Under the pieces are notes generated by a model, which saw nothing but the letters and a program-made list of their open reading frames with translations, searched no databases and was not told where the DNA came from. Position numbers and translations under genes: made by a program. DNA of 63,897 nucleotides, the filler included, from Reticulomyxa filosa (lineage: Eukaryota; Protista; Foraminifera): assembly GCA_000512085.1 (NCBI GenBank). It is 21 parts of 21 records of this genome, joined end to end, with 100 filler letters (N's around TTAATTAATTAA, not from the genome) between each part and the next. Parts side by side here need not be neighbours in the genome. Positions count along the whole stretch, not along the records: positions 13,151 to 14,432 come from ASPP01038954.1; positions 14,533 to 15,672 come from ASPP01027187.1; positions 15,773 to 17,338 come from ASPP01023857.1; positions 17,439 to 25,156 come from ASPP01007978.1; positions 25,257 to 26,680 come from ASPP01029872.1; 16 more parts are not named here. One strand, given 5' to 3'. Positions within the stretch are counted from its first letter, which is position 1. Each line of letters begins with the position of its first letter. Positions 13,051-25,407 of the stretch are shown in pieces.

Positions 13051-14255
13051 NNNNNNNNNNNNNNNNNNNNNNNNNNNNNNNNNNNNNNNNNNNNTTAATT
13101 AATTAANNNNNNNNNNNNNNNNNNNNNNNNNNNNNNNNNNNNNNNNNNNNGTATTTTTGAATATTTTCAATGAAAATAATAATAGTGACTTTTTTAATGT
13201 TGGAAAAAATTGAACTGTATATGTTGGAATGTACTAAATTGGGATAATTTTAACACAGAAATGAGAATATTTAAATTAAATTGAATTTTAAAAGGTTTAA
13301 ATTTAAAAGAAAGGGAACGTATATTGATGATATAAGTAGCAACGTATAAAAAATGTTGCAAGATTACCACGGAACAGCATCAAACATAAAAGTGCAAGTA
13401 AATGATTTTTCAGCAATAACAAGGCAAGGGAAAGATTAAAATTATATAATAAAGTGCCAGGGAATGTTTTAGTAAATATTGTGGAACAGTGATTAAGAGA
13501 CACAATTAAATACCTGTAAAAAAATTGATTTGTTGATATAAAGAATTGATCTCCCAAGTGTGAAGTATTTTGAAATTCTCAAACTATATTTTTATTGATA
13601 TTAATTTTCTAATAGTTTTACCTTTTATTTATTCTTTTATTTCTTTTATTATTTATTTTTTTATTGAGAAGGTAAGCTTCTGAAAAAAACCCAACAATCT
13701 TGTACTTATTATCAATTCGATATAATCTTATCATCCATTCTACAAAAGTATCAATGAAATAGAATATATTAATTTAAAAAAAAATACTGAAAAGAAAAAT
13801 TATTGGATAGAATATGTTGCAACAAGTAGTGTCAAACACAATATCAATTTGGATATCTTTAAATTGATTTTTATAGAATTGAACTTTTAAAGGATTTGAA
13901 TTGAAAAGTTTTAAAATCTTCCCCTTTTTGTAAAAAACGACCAAGTAAGAAACAAAACTATCGAATAAGAGAAAATATGCTGCATTCTTTTTTTGTGTGA
14001 AGTTACAAATAAATTCTCATGTTTACAATAAATGTTTTATCTACTTTGTCACATGATTTCAATAATTAGAATATACTATCATTTTTAGTTTTGATAATAA
14101 AAACAACTTTTTGAATTAATTTTTTTTAATGTGTGATTTTTGTCAAAAAGAAAATTAGAGTTAGCCACAACAAAACTTCCACGTCTCAAAAACTCCAAAA
14201 AAACTCCAGAATAAATTCCTCTACGTCATCTAATTAAAAGAAAGAAATAAGTAAG

Positions 14256-14432
14256 ATGGAAGAAGAGAAAAGTAAAGACAATGCAAAAATGGATTTGAAT
14301 TCAATTACTGGACAACAGTCTTGCTTTGACAAAAACTGGTTTTTACAATCGAATAAGCAGGAAGCCATTCAAGAATTTATTTGTTTGGTTTGCAAACAAG
14401 TCGCCAACAACCCAATGGAAATCAATTGCTCT
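14256..14432 (+). CDS. N-terminus of a TRAF-type RING/zinc-finger protein (expanded foraminiferan family), truncated by contig end
   Basis: [37 protein letters not shown] shows the CxxC...P...C start of a TRAF-like RING. Family assignment is from memory. Confidence 0.65.
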
Positions 14433-15167
14433 NNNNNNNNNNNNNNNNNNNNNNNNNNNNNNNNNNNNNNNNNNNNTTAATTAATTAANNNNNNNNNNNN
14501 NNNNNNNNNNNNNNNNNNNNNNNNNNNNNNNNACAATTAGTCTCTGCTATCCCATTGCTTGTTTTTGTGTTCAAATGAATTACCTTTTTCAATTTTTTTT
14601 TTTTGGTCGTTTTGAATTTACTAACTCTGGTTTTTTTGTTTTAAAAATGACACGATTTCAATACTAAATTCCAAAACGCGAAAAGAGAGAAAGGAACGGG
14701 CATTAATTTGAAAGTACTCAAATAGTTACGACGGGAATGATCATACTTATCCCTACTCTCAATAAATGTGCATTTGACACTCACAAGATACGGATATGAG
14801 TGTAAGAGCAGCTGCAAAAAGTGTTATACGAAACGGCAGTTGCGTCTTGCGTAATTTAAATAAAGAGATAAAAAAATAACGATAAAACAAGGAGTGGGTA
14901 GAGAGCCATTGCTTGATCATAAAATGTGGGCTATGAAAAAAGAAAAATTTAAAGGTTAAACACCAATCAAATACATACAAATAAAAGAAAGATATTTTTG
15001 TTTATCAATGAAAGCTTTTGGCTTCATTTTTATAGAACAAAAATAGCAAAGACAAAATATAATTTGATTTTTCTTTAAAGATAATTTTACACTATAGCAG
15101 GAGAACAAAAAATGAACTTGACTAATCAAAAAATCAAACTGCTTTCTTAAAAAGAAAAGATTTTACA

Positions 15168-15672
15168 ATGAGCGACCAGGATATTGAAATAATTAACAAG
15201 GAACCAGACGTCGAAAGTGACGAAAAGTTGCATACAAATGATTGTACTCATCCGTTTGTACCAGACGCGATTATGCTCTCAAGACTGTTGACGGCAAAAG
15301 AAATCCTTGCAGAAACAGTGCCAATCGTGGAAAGAGCACCTTTGATAATAATTGTGAAGAGTGCAGACACAAAGAATACAGAAGAAGAAAGCGCTGTAAG
15401 TACACAAGTGCAATCATCGAGCAATAATGAAACAAGAGACGAAAAAAAATTGGAAAAAATAGGTATACAAAAAAAATCAACCCATGATGGTAATATTCCT
15501 CTTCCTCTCAAGATGTGGACCTTGTGTCTATCCGTTGCTTCCATGGCAGTATGGGGTGTATTCATACGGATTGACATCTCAACATGGTTTGGGCAGTTTG
15601 TCGTATCATCATTTTTCCCAAATATTATTGGTATCTATGGATTGCAGTGTTTTCATATTTTTTTTTTTTTTT
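15168..15672 (+). CDS. FEX/CrcB (Fluc) fluoride exporter, N-terminal part, 3'-partial
   Basis: Hydrophilic N-terminus, then TM1 ASMAVWGVFIR (GxxxR) and TM2 FFPNIIG (NxxG), as in Fluc/FEX channels. Confidence 0.65.
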
Positions 15673-15772
15673 NNNNNNNNNNNNNNNNNNNNNNNNNNNN
15701 NNNNNNNNNNNNNNNNTTAATTAATTAANNNNNNNNNNNNNNNNNNNNNNNNNNNNNNNNNNNNNNNNNNNN

Positions 15773-15809
<37 letters not shown>

Positions 15810-16877
15810 AATAAACGAAGCTAAACCTAAAAAAAAGATTACAACGACAGGAGTGTGATTATTGATGGCAATGGAAGCAGTCATTAATATGATAATATGG
15901 AAAAAGGCTCTTTGCATGTCATGTAATGGACATTCGATTATGTAGGCCAAGTAACGCTTCACTCCTTTCCAATGGAAAACAGACCCACACAATGGCATCG
16001 TCTGTACGATCACATATCCATAGCCTTTGCACATCATCCAGCAGAGCAATAGCAATAGGCGACTTATATCGTTCAAATACCAGGTTGCGTTAGAGTATTT
16101 ATTTTGTAAAAAAAAAAAAAAAAACCAGCAAGTGTATTTATCAAGTCATTGCAAAAAAAAAAAAAAAGATAACAAAGACAGATACAATTTTTTTTTTGAT
16201 AACATGAATGATAAGCCACTTATGATAATAGCAATGTGATAAACCTGAAAAGTATTGCTTTTGGCAATGAATAAAGTATAGGCAATACAATGATTGAGAA
16301 AATGGAAAATTGGAATGAACTTATATCCAATACAATGCCTTTCCTTGTAGCCGATGCTGGATTCAATGATTTTTCCGTATATTTTGCACAACAGATTAGG
16401 ACAGTTGTAATACACAAACATCAACGCCGAATGCTGATATGCAGTCGAGCCCTTCAAGACTGGATGTAATAATCGTTCCGGAAATACGATATTACACAAC
16501 AATAGAGGCATCACTGCCAATACTGTTGTTAACCATACACAGCGCTGAAAGAAAACTCCTAACAATTGCTTTTTTCTTATTGGCGGGGCATTGTCCATTT
16601 TTGCAGTTTGATATTTCAATGGAAATATCCAAATTGCTCCTAACATGCTACCGGTCATATAACCAAAACTTGTTCCTATCACGTAAATACTTAAATCTGC
16701 CCATGCGTTTGTTGACAGATGCTCGATCACTATTGCTGACAACACTTGTGGGAAAAATTTTAGGAAATTTCTTCCAATCAATCTACACAGCTGCGACAAC
16801 ATTACTAACAAATCGCCTGCTAATCGATTCAAATAGCGTTGATTTTTTTCATTTGAATTTTTATTTTCGTTGCTCAT
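15773..16877 (-). CDS. Divergent MATE-family transporter, 3'-partial
   Basis: Several hydrophobic segments, with IVIEHL, IGTSFGYMTG and LLGVFFQRCVWL (eukaryotic MATE LGxxxQR motif) in the expected order. Confidence 0.65.
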
Positions 16878-17775
16878 GGCATGATGTCTTTGAAATTAAA
16901 AATGTTTACTGACCAAGCGACGATTAAAATTTCCTTGTTTATGAGAAGTCCCCACTCTTTCGACTTACAAACTAGTGGAAAGTTCAGCTGTGTTCTGGAG
17001 TAATTTCATTAGAAAATAAATTCATAAGAAACACAAAAAATTGTTTAGTTAAAAATAAGTAAAGCTTCAGAACAGGGTTAAAAGGTCAATTATAACTTCA
17101 TTTTCATCTTGTCTCATATAATCCAGTTTGGGAAGCTAATTTCCCTCTGATGCAAAATTTTCTGAAAAAGCTTATCAAAATTGGTTATTTCTTTTCTTGT
17201 ACATTAACTGAAGTTTTCATCATAAATGGGCTCATCAATTCGAACCAATTAATTTTTTTAAAGACGAAAAACTTGCTGCAATAATCTGCCATTTATTCTT
17301 GGTAAAAAAAAGACTAGTTTAGTCATAATCTTAAGTGANNNNNNNNNNNNNNNNNNNNNNNNNNNNNNNNNNNNNNNNNNNNTTAATTAATTAANNNNNN
17401 NNNNNNNNNNNNNNNNNNNNNNNNNNNNNNNNNNNNNNTGTTAACTCTACACAAAGACACTTACATATAAAAGCAAATCATTTTGATGTTTTTGTTCGTT
17501 TGAAACGTGCTCGATACTTTAATATCCAATTCCGTCCATGAACAAAAAAAAGATAGCAGAGTGATGTTAAAACTTACATATCTCTAGGTTCATTGGAAAA
17601 CATTAAGTCAGCAATAACACATTTTGTATAAACGACAAGACATTTGACATAATTTAAGTCAAATTACACTTCTAACGAACAGACGATATTCAAAAGATGT
17701 ATCTTTTGCTATGTGCAATTGTCACTCAATAACAACGAAGATAGCCAAAGGAAATAGACAAAGAAAAGGAGGAAA

Positions 17776-19920
17776 TCAGGAAATTTTTAAAATGATATCA
17801 TGTTGTTTTTCTAGCAAATCAACAATGTGATTAATCCGAACCTCTAATAGTAATAGATCCGACCCAATCCATTGTTTGAAAGCTGAAAAAGAGGGAAATA
17901 AGCAAAGCCTAGCCCCCATGACTTCGGCCATCATTTCATAAAGTTGTTGCTCCAAGGCCTCATATTCGGCATCCTTTGAATCGCCCGCATCGGAGTTGTG
18001 ATCTTTGTTATTAAGCTTGCCCTTTTGCTTTTTATTTTTATTTTTACTTTTATTTTGACCGTTCTTGGGAGTTGATTGTTTTGCGTTGGGATTGGCGGAG
18101 GTGGCATTTGTACTTTTTGACATAGTGGAATCAGTCGAGGTGTTATTTGAAGTGAGAAAAGGATTGGACTTATTGTCTGTGTCGGCATTATTAGAACCTG
18201 CAGTAGTGGCTGAAGTTCCTTTGGGATTACATTCCTGAAGGACCTCATCCGTCCACTTGTGAAGAAATTGAGGAAAAGTATGTTGGAGCCAATAAACAAA
18301 ATGGAGCAAAGATAACAGCATGAATTTCAATTCAGAGACGTGACAGTTAGTTACTAACTCAGCATTGCACAGGTTGTTGCAAAACTGTTTCCCCATTTCG
18401 CTGGCCTTTTTGCCAATGGTATAATCTCCACACATCCAAGCGCGTTCACTGATCTCCAACAGCAGGGACAGCACATCTACGTCCCAAGACTGTAAAGCAG
18501 GGGCATATGTTTCAAACCAGCGCGAATAAAATTTCCAAGACATGGCGATATTGGGAGCAGGGTCATTCCAAATTTGCCTGGCCATATGCAGCAGCTTTTG
18601 GAAAGCAGGGTCGTTATTGCCACTGGACTTGAAGAGCATGACCTCTTTGGTAATGTAGCTTTTGCCAGTGCAACGTGAGCATTGGCATTTAAACCCAAAG
18701 TTACGAAGAATCATTTGCTTGAGCAAGAGCAAAAGATATATGCAATTTTATGTGTATATGTATGTACCATATACATATATGTATATAAACATGTATATAT
18801 GTAATGGTTTTTTTTTTTTTTTTTGGACATACCTCTCGTTGGAACTGTGGCTGACATTCCAAATCAGCGACAATGGCAATGGTCAATGGACAGTTTGGCT
18901 CGATCTGTTCGATGGCGCGAACGTAGAGCACATTACCGTCAAAGTAATACATGCAATTGGGACTGCAGCAGTGATTGAAGAAAGACGAAAACACGTACAA
19001 GGCCATCCCCAACATTAAGTGATCGTGGACCAATGAATAGCGAATACCGAATGCATTGTAGTAAATCATGTGCAAAAGCATACACGCAAATTCGTACCAA
19101 ACTTGTTCCATTTTCTTTTTCGTCTCATCACTTTCTTTTTCTTTTTCATCATTATTTAATGTGCGTAACTGTTTCCACTTTTGACACATTAAGGGGAGGA
19201 TCACTCGCAATTTCTTTTTATTTTCGGCCACCAACTCATCGTCGACTTCTTTGTCACTACTGCATTGCAGTAAATACTTTTGCCAGATCTCCTCTTCCAA
19301 TGTCTTCAAACTGCGCTTTTTTTTATCTGCCAACTTTTCAAACATGTCATAGAATTCATTGGGTTGCTTCGAAAACTTGTCTTGCCAATTGATGTTGTGT
19401 GTCGTCCCCAATTCTGTTTCCCACGAGTTCACTGTTGCCGCACTTTTCCAACACATCCAAATACACAGCTGCAGAGACAGATTGTTCTTCACGTGTTGCG
19501 ACAATTCACTGTCGCTGCCGAATAGTAACGAGTGGATCACTTCGTTGGGCTGTTTCATGTTTGTATGTTGGGTACATGGGGTTTTATGTGTATAGGGGTC
19601 TTCTTGTACTCTTGTTCACTCTTAACTTCGAAACACTCCTTCGAACAGTAGTGATCGTGGACCGCCTGTGCTCCAAACAGGTGACCACAGCCCCAACAGA
19701 ATTGGTGTTTATTGTTCTCACCTGCTTTGCCAAATTGAAGATGGCTTATGGGGCTGCATAACACTGCTGGACTCTCGCCTGACCAGGTGAGATTAGGCAC
19801 ATAAGCCAGTGGCTTCTCACAGATCAGCAAGGTCCCTGGGGATATTTGCTTCCTTGCTACCCAATGTCTCCCAAGCGACTTCTTTTCACTTACCACTAAT
19901 TTCAACTTTTCAGTTTCCAT
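17776..19920 (-). CDS. SMYD-type split SET-domain protein with reduced MYND-like finger and post-SET cysteines
   Basis: LGRHWVARKQISPGTLLICEKP (SET-N), CWGC...YCSKEC, NAFGI, GMALY...FNHCCSPN, post-SET FGFKCQCSRC after an intron (about 18718-18832). One apparent 1-nt frameshift near 19600. Confidence 0.85.
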
Positions 19921-20177
19921 TTCTAACGAATTTTTGGAATCATGTGAACCTTCTGGTTTGCAGTACTTTTGAGCCAGTACCAGATCTCGGCTATAATTTA
20001 TTACTTTTATTTGCCCATTACTCTATGATTTATTGTTCTTGCTTTTTTCACGTTTATTCAAAATGCTGTTTGTTAATGGAGCAAATTAATTTATTTTTAA
20101 AAAAGGGGGAGAAAAGGCTAGTTCATTTGCGGAACCAATTATACAAACAATACAATCAAACAACCGGAATAATCGTG
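19921..20177. promoter_or_regulatory. Probable bidirectional promoter between the SMYD and ARF genes
   Basis: Divergent start codons are only 257 bp apart. No specific element identified. Confidence 0.45.
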
Positions 20178-21217
20178 ATGGGATCCTTATGTTCAAGTGC
20201 TCCAGAAATGCGAGTATTATTGTTGGGACTTGATGCGGCTGGCAAAACCAGTTAGTTTTTAGGGAGGGTCGTACTGTCCCTTGAAAATATTTTAAGCCCC
20301 AAAAAGGGGAGAGAAACGGAAAAGAAAAAAAATGCAAAACACTTTGGCATTGATAGAAAACGATGTTGTTGTGTTTGGCTGAAATTAGCGACATTGTACA
20401 AATTGAAGACAGGCGAGCCAAAGCAAACAGTTCCGACGATTGGATTTAATGTTGAAACAGTGCGATATGGAAACATGACACTAAATATTTGGGTAATACA
20501 AAACGAGACTAATTTTGATTTGTTCATATTTTGGAAATATTTCCTATAAAAAAAACTAAAAGAAAACAAAAAATACGCATAAGAAAATCAAAATCATATG
20601 CCAAGCCATATATTAATTTTCAAAATGTTTTAAAGTATTGCACATTCATAGTTTTTTTTTTTTTTGTTGTGTGTATGCACTTATACTTGTAATAGGACGT
20701 CGGAGGACAAGACCGACTTCGTCCATTGTGGCGTCAATACTATAGTGGAACCAGTGGGATTATTTTTGTGGTCGATTCCAATGATACACAAAGACTGGTT
20801 TGCCATTTTATTTTCTTTTCTTCAAGCCCGATTAAGGAGAGATCACACTGTAGGAGCTTAAAAGAAAATTTTTTGTTGTTGTTGCTATATTGGAACAGTC
20901 TTTAGCCAAAGATGAATTGCACTACTTATTGAATGAAATAGAATTACAGTACGCCACACGTATGTTCTGTTTTTGCATCATTTAGTTACATGCAATACAC
21001 GTGCTTGTTTGTGGATGGGAATTAAAAAAAAGTGGTGGTCATAGCAAACAAACAAGATTTGCCCAATGCGTTGCGCCCGGCTGACATAAGCAAAGCATTG
21101 GAATTAAGCACAATTAAACGAAAATGCGAAATATTTGGTGCTGTTGCTGCAAGTCCTAAAGACACTGGAATCAAAAGTGCCATGGATTGGTTGTCCCAAA
21201 ACATGAAACCCATTTAA
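20178..21217 (+). CDS. ARF: ADP-ribosylation factor GTPase (ARF1/ARF6-like), five exons
   Basis: Spliced translation: [24 protein letters not shown]|[24 protein letters not shown]...IW|[30 protein letters not shown]...ANKQDLPNA...[11 protein letters not shown]. All introns are GT-AG. Confidence 0.95.
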
Positions 21218-21459
21218 TTTCATCCAAACTTTTAGAGTTTGTTCGAACTAAAAAAAAAATTCTTGTTAAAAAAAAAACATCCGAGGAAACATTCTTGGTC
21301 AACAGACACACAAATAATGGATTTTTTTTTCCTTTGACAATTTTTTCTAAAAAAAAAAAGGGTAAAGGGAGATCGATGAGCTCGAACGAATTTGAACTAA
21401 CTTTCAAATTGTAACTAAACGACACTACAAAAGCATGAAACAATGAAATATTACTTTTG

Positions 21460-23294
21460 TCAACGATTTGTCTTTATCTTTTTTTTAATTTCAGCACGGC
21501 ACATTGGACATGTTGTAATGTCTTGGGCACACTTTTCACAAACAAAATGTTTGCATGGCTCAAACATGAGAGTTTTGGGTTCATCTTGACAAATCACACA
21601 AAGAAAATCTTCCATTGTCTCAATTTCTTTTTCTAGTTGCCTGATTTTTTCTTGCAAGCGTCTTTCAATTTCACTTTCCTCATCATTGTCGGGAGCATTG
21701 GCTAAATTAGAGAGGCTCTTTATTTTTGAAGGGACAGGAGTAATTTCAGATAGCACAACACAGTGTAAGTAATTTTGCATGAGAACAGCGGTCAAGGGCA
21801 CTAAATCCTCGCTATTCAATGATTGCAGCAAGCTCTGTAGTTCCGCTTCGTGTTGTGAAGGATCGCTATTTTTTTGAGAGAAAGAAGCATACTTACATCC
21901 GTCAATATCTGAATTGTTACGAATGGCAGCAATCCAAGGTTTCATTGCAGAATGAGTTTCAAACTTTTCAAGATAATCAACCAATTCAGAGTGTGTTTTT
22001 TTGGGAAGCATTTTGCAAGGTTTCCTTGATGCTGTTTTGGAGGCATGTTTTTTCTGACTAATTGTTTCTTCTATTTTATTTTTTTTGTTTTCTTGGACTT
22101 TCTCATTTTCATCTCTCAAGCGTTTCAATTCCTTTTTCTTTTGTTGCAACCATGACAAGCCCCACTTTTCGGAACCTTTTTCCCCCGTCTTTGCTATGTG
22201 CAGCATTTAGAGCCAAAAAAAAAAAAAAAAAAAAAAAAAAAAGATTTTTTTTTTTTTTTTGAGTGATAAGACGAATCCAATCACACATACTTACTCCAAA
22301 GAGAAATCTTTTCCTCTTTTTTATTTTTATTTTCATGGTTTTAACAACAGACCATCGTTATCCCCATTGTCACGATAATCAGACCCTGACAACACCTCGA
22401 AATAACAATCACGAGCCACTTTTTCTGGAGAAGAGTCATCGATATCATGAAACAAATACACAAATCCACCGTGAGCACAAAATTTGCGTGTTTCATTTCT
22501 GTCGTTCGTTAATTCTTCATTTGGAAACAGCCAAGCAAATCTAGATGCTCCTATTGGTTATATTTATTTATGTACTTGTGTGCACTGGACTTTTTGCACA
22601 ATTATATTGCATTATATTAATATCATATTTATGTCATGTTATAATAATTGTCAATCACACCTTTGTCACTCAAGGCGGCGAGAGTTATTTCCTGGAATCT
22701 GCCTTTTCGATACAACTTTTTGGTGAAACTTGCATCCCATTTTTTGGGAGGACTAAATTGCAGACCACCATTTTTGGCGGGTGTCAATGCATTGACGGCA
22801 AGTAATTTGTCCTCGTCATTGAAATAAGCATAGCCTCCCACTGTTAGAATTGAAATGTTGCAATCTCCCATCCATGCCGTTGCCATGCGTGGATGTACGG
22901 CTAATTCGCTTGTTGGCAATGTGCCTGGATACATCCACGCAAATTTTGTGCTATTCTCTGGTATTCCTGCTTTTTTTTTAGCGTGACTGTCCAAAGTCAC
23001 CGCGTAGACGGGAGATATTTGTCCTATCACACCGTACTCGTTTGTCGAACTGTCTCCATTTTTTACTACAAATTGCAGAAACTCCTTCAATGTTGTCAAC
23101 GCAGGGTCTCTTTCTTTGAATATCCTAAGAGGGTCCAACTGATAAAATCCGTCGTCTTTTGGATGCACAAACAATGTCGAAAAATGAGTTGCTGAATAGC
23201 TTGTTCTTTGAATACCAAAGGGACCTAGTTTGTTTGGAAACTCGTCTCTTTGATATTTCTTATCATAATGGGTATCATCAGTATGTTGGCTCAT
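21460..23294 (-). CDS. RING (C3HC4) E3 ligase with an unrecognised duplicated N-terminal domain, coiled coil and SAM-like segment; about four exons
   Basis: C-terminal CVICQDEPKTLMFEPCKHFVCEKCAQDITTCPMC. The upstream ORF 22629-23300 joins via GT-AG introns to an exon GASRFAWLFPNEE...HGGFVYLF and a short exon EEKISLW. ELVDYL...WIAAIRNNSDIDG resembles a SAM domain. Confidence 0.75.
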
Positions 23295-23777
23295 ATCCAA
23301 AGGTTTTTTTTAAGATTTGAAACAAAAAGGAAACAACGCTATAACCTCCAGTTTTCATCTAAAAGTTTCTTTGAACTGCAGAGCAAACAGCTATTGCTAA
23401 TCCACTTTTTGCATTGCAATTGTTTTTTTGTTGATGAAATTTCATAAAATAGAAAGTCAAAAAAGGTATATAGTACAATTCCTTTGAGGATCGTTATTTT
23501 CTGTTGTAATTTTTTTCTCTCAACGAGCTTTTGAAGAGCACACTTATCTTCAATATATTTTCTCACTCCTAAATTAGCAAATATGCAGTGCAAAAACTAT
23601 AAGAAATTTGGTAATGACAATACCGTTGCAAAAAATTAGAAGTAAAAAAAAACTTGATGAATTATTTTTTTTGGAAATCAACTGAACAATATCCCATCTG
23701 ATCTTGAAAAATTTTGTATGACGACTTTCCTTCAAAAGTTGTTGTTTTTTTGTGGTTGATTCAAGCCCTTGAAACGA

Positions 23778-24298
23778 ATGCCGAAAAGCAAGCAATATGC
23801 ATATTTTGAAGGACTAGTCGACAACTACCACGAAGTGCTGCGCCAAAAGAGCGCCAGTGGTATCAATCGAGCATTGGGCGAACTTCGGCAGACAATATTG
23901 ATGGAAGGAGTGCCCGAAGACGACATTGTGACAGACGTGAGTACTGACAGTTTCTCTTTCAGGGGATATAACATTGACAGCAAATGAGTGGGGGGTAGAG
24001 AGAAGTGTCGCCTACAATCTTGGCTCCATTTTTTATTTTTAAAAAAATCAAAATAAAAAACAAAATATAGTTTCGAAAAAGAGGCAAGAGGCCAGCAATG
24101 ACCTCTTCGAGTAGTAATGGGATAAGGAAGCCGCTAACACGAACGCATGGATATAGCCATCAGCATTTGTTTCGGTTGCATGAGGAGCGGAATGGAACGA
24201 ATTGTAAAAGAGAGATAGCGAATAGTGACTTGCAATTAGCAACAATATCAAATGACAGTGAAAACAGTAGTGATGATGAGACAGCCAATGACAATAAC

Positions 24299-24353
<55 letters not shown>

Positions 24354-25156
24354 GTAATAATAATAATAATAACAATAACAACAATAGTAAAAATAACAAT
24401 AAAAATAAAAGCAATAATAAACAAAACAATGATAACAATAATAATAAGAACAAGAATAATAATAACGATAACGAATCAAATGTACAAGATGCATTGTCTC
24501 CCATAACAAACGATGAAGGCACACTACTAAGAATGGACACGGAACACGCGTTGGAAAATTCGGGGTCATTTTGTTTTTTGTCCCCGCCACATTCGATGGA
24601 TTGCGTATCGAACGTGGCAGCGGACAATGAGATGACGATGACAATGAACAGTAGCAAGAGCGAAGAGGTGGTGGCACACACGGTGACATCATCTTGGTCG
24701 GAGTTGAACAATTGGGACAACGAGTTGCGACACACGCAGGTGCTCATGACATATCACAGCGACACACATAGTGACGGGTTGTGGCTCGTGCCGAGCACCA
24801 CTACCACTGTCACCACCGCCACCTCCCGCTCGGCCTCGGGTGCATCTGAGCACGGTTACCACCATCACAAGATGCATTCGACCGACGATATCGACCCACA
24901 CGCTTCCTTTGCCGACGATGACGGCGACGGCGACGGCGACGATGAATATCAATACGAGTCGGACGAAATTACGCGATCTCAATCGATGCAAGACTCAAGT
25001 GCTGAGCCTCCAAGATCCCGTGTCTCGACTTTTTTTCAACACTATGCAGGCGGCCATAGAAAGGTACAGTACAAAACATTATTTTTATTTATTTATTTAT
25101 GTTATTGCATTTGTTTTTTTTTTTTGATGATGTAATAGCAAGGATCCAATCGAGAA
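23778..25156 (+). CDS. Protein with a Bub2/Cdc16-like (TBC GAP) N-terminus and a long Asn/Asp/Ser-rich insert, 3'-partial
   Basis: ALGELRQTILMEGVP resembles the LRxLILxxGIP start of Bub2/Cdc16. The TBC catalytic fingers are not in the contig. Confidence 0.4.
24291..24472 (+). repeat. Coding (AAT/AAC)n microsatellite encoding poly-Asn
   Basis: Directly visible trinucleotide run inside ORF 24098-25135. Confidence 0.95.
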
Positions 25157-25256
25157 NNNNNNNNNNNNNNNNNNNNNNNNNNNNNNNNNNNNNNNNNNNN
25201 TTAATTAATTAANNNNNNNNNNNNNNNNNNNNNNNNNNNNNNNNNNNNNNNNNNNN

Positions 25257-25301
25257 CTGGCCGGCCTGGTCGAGAAGCGCGTCCGCGCGCGCTACGCCTG
25301 A
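25257..25301 (+). CDS. 3' end of a high-GC bacterial gene (LAGLVEKRVRARYA*)
   Basis: All 14 sense codons end in G or C, followed by TGA at 25299-25301. Confidence 0.55.
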   Translation: MAGLVEKRVRARYA

Positions 25302-25310
25302 CCTAGTCTC

Positions 25311-25351
25311 GGGAGAAGAGGCAGAAAGCACCTTTTTATTCTCCCTTCTTT
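25311..25351 (+). terminator. Possible imperfect intrinsic-terminator hairpin
   Basis: GGGAGAA...TTCTCCC inverted repeat just after the stop codon, followed by TTCTTT. Confidence 0.3.
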
Positions 25352-25407
25352 GGTCCTGCGGTTGTGTCAAAATTACAAAGAGAGGCGGTTTTACGAGAAA
25401 GAACGAG

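Noticed and set aside
24048-24747. Poly-Tyr, poly-Leu and poly-Ile ORFs, apparent membrane proteins
   Set aside because: They are alternative frames of the (AAT)n poly-Asn tract. The same applies to the poly-Ser/Phe ORFs at 3136-3571.
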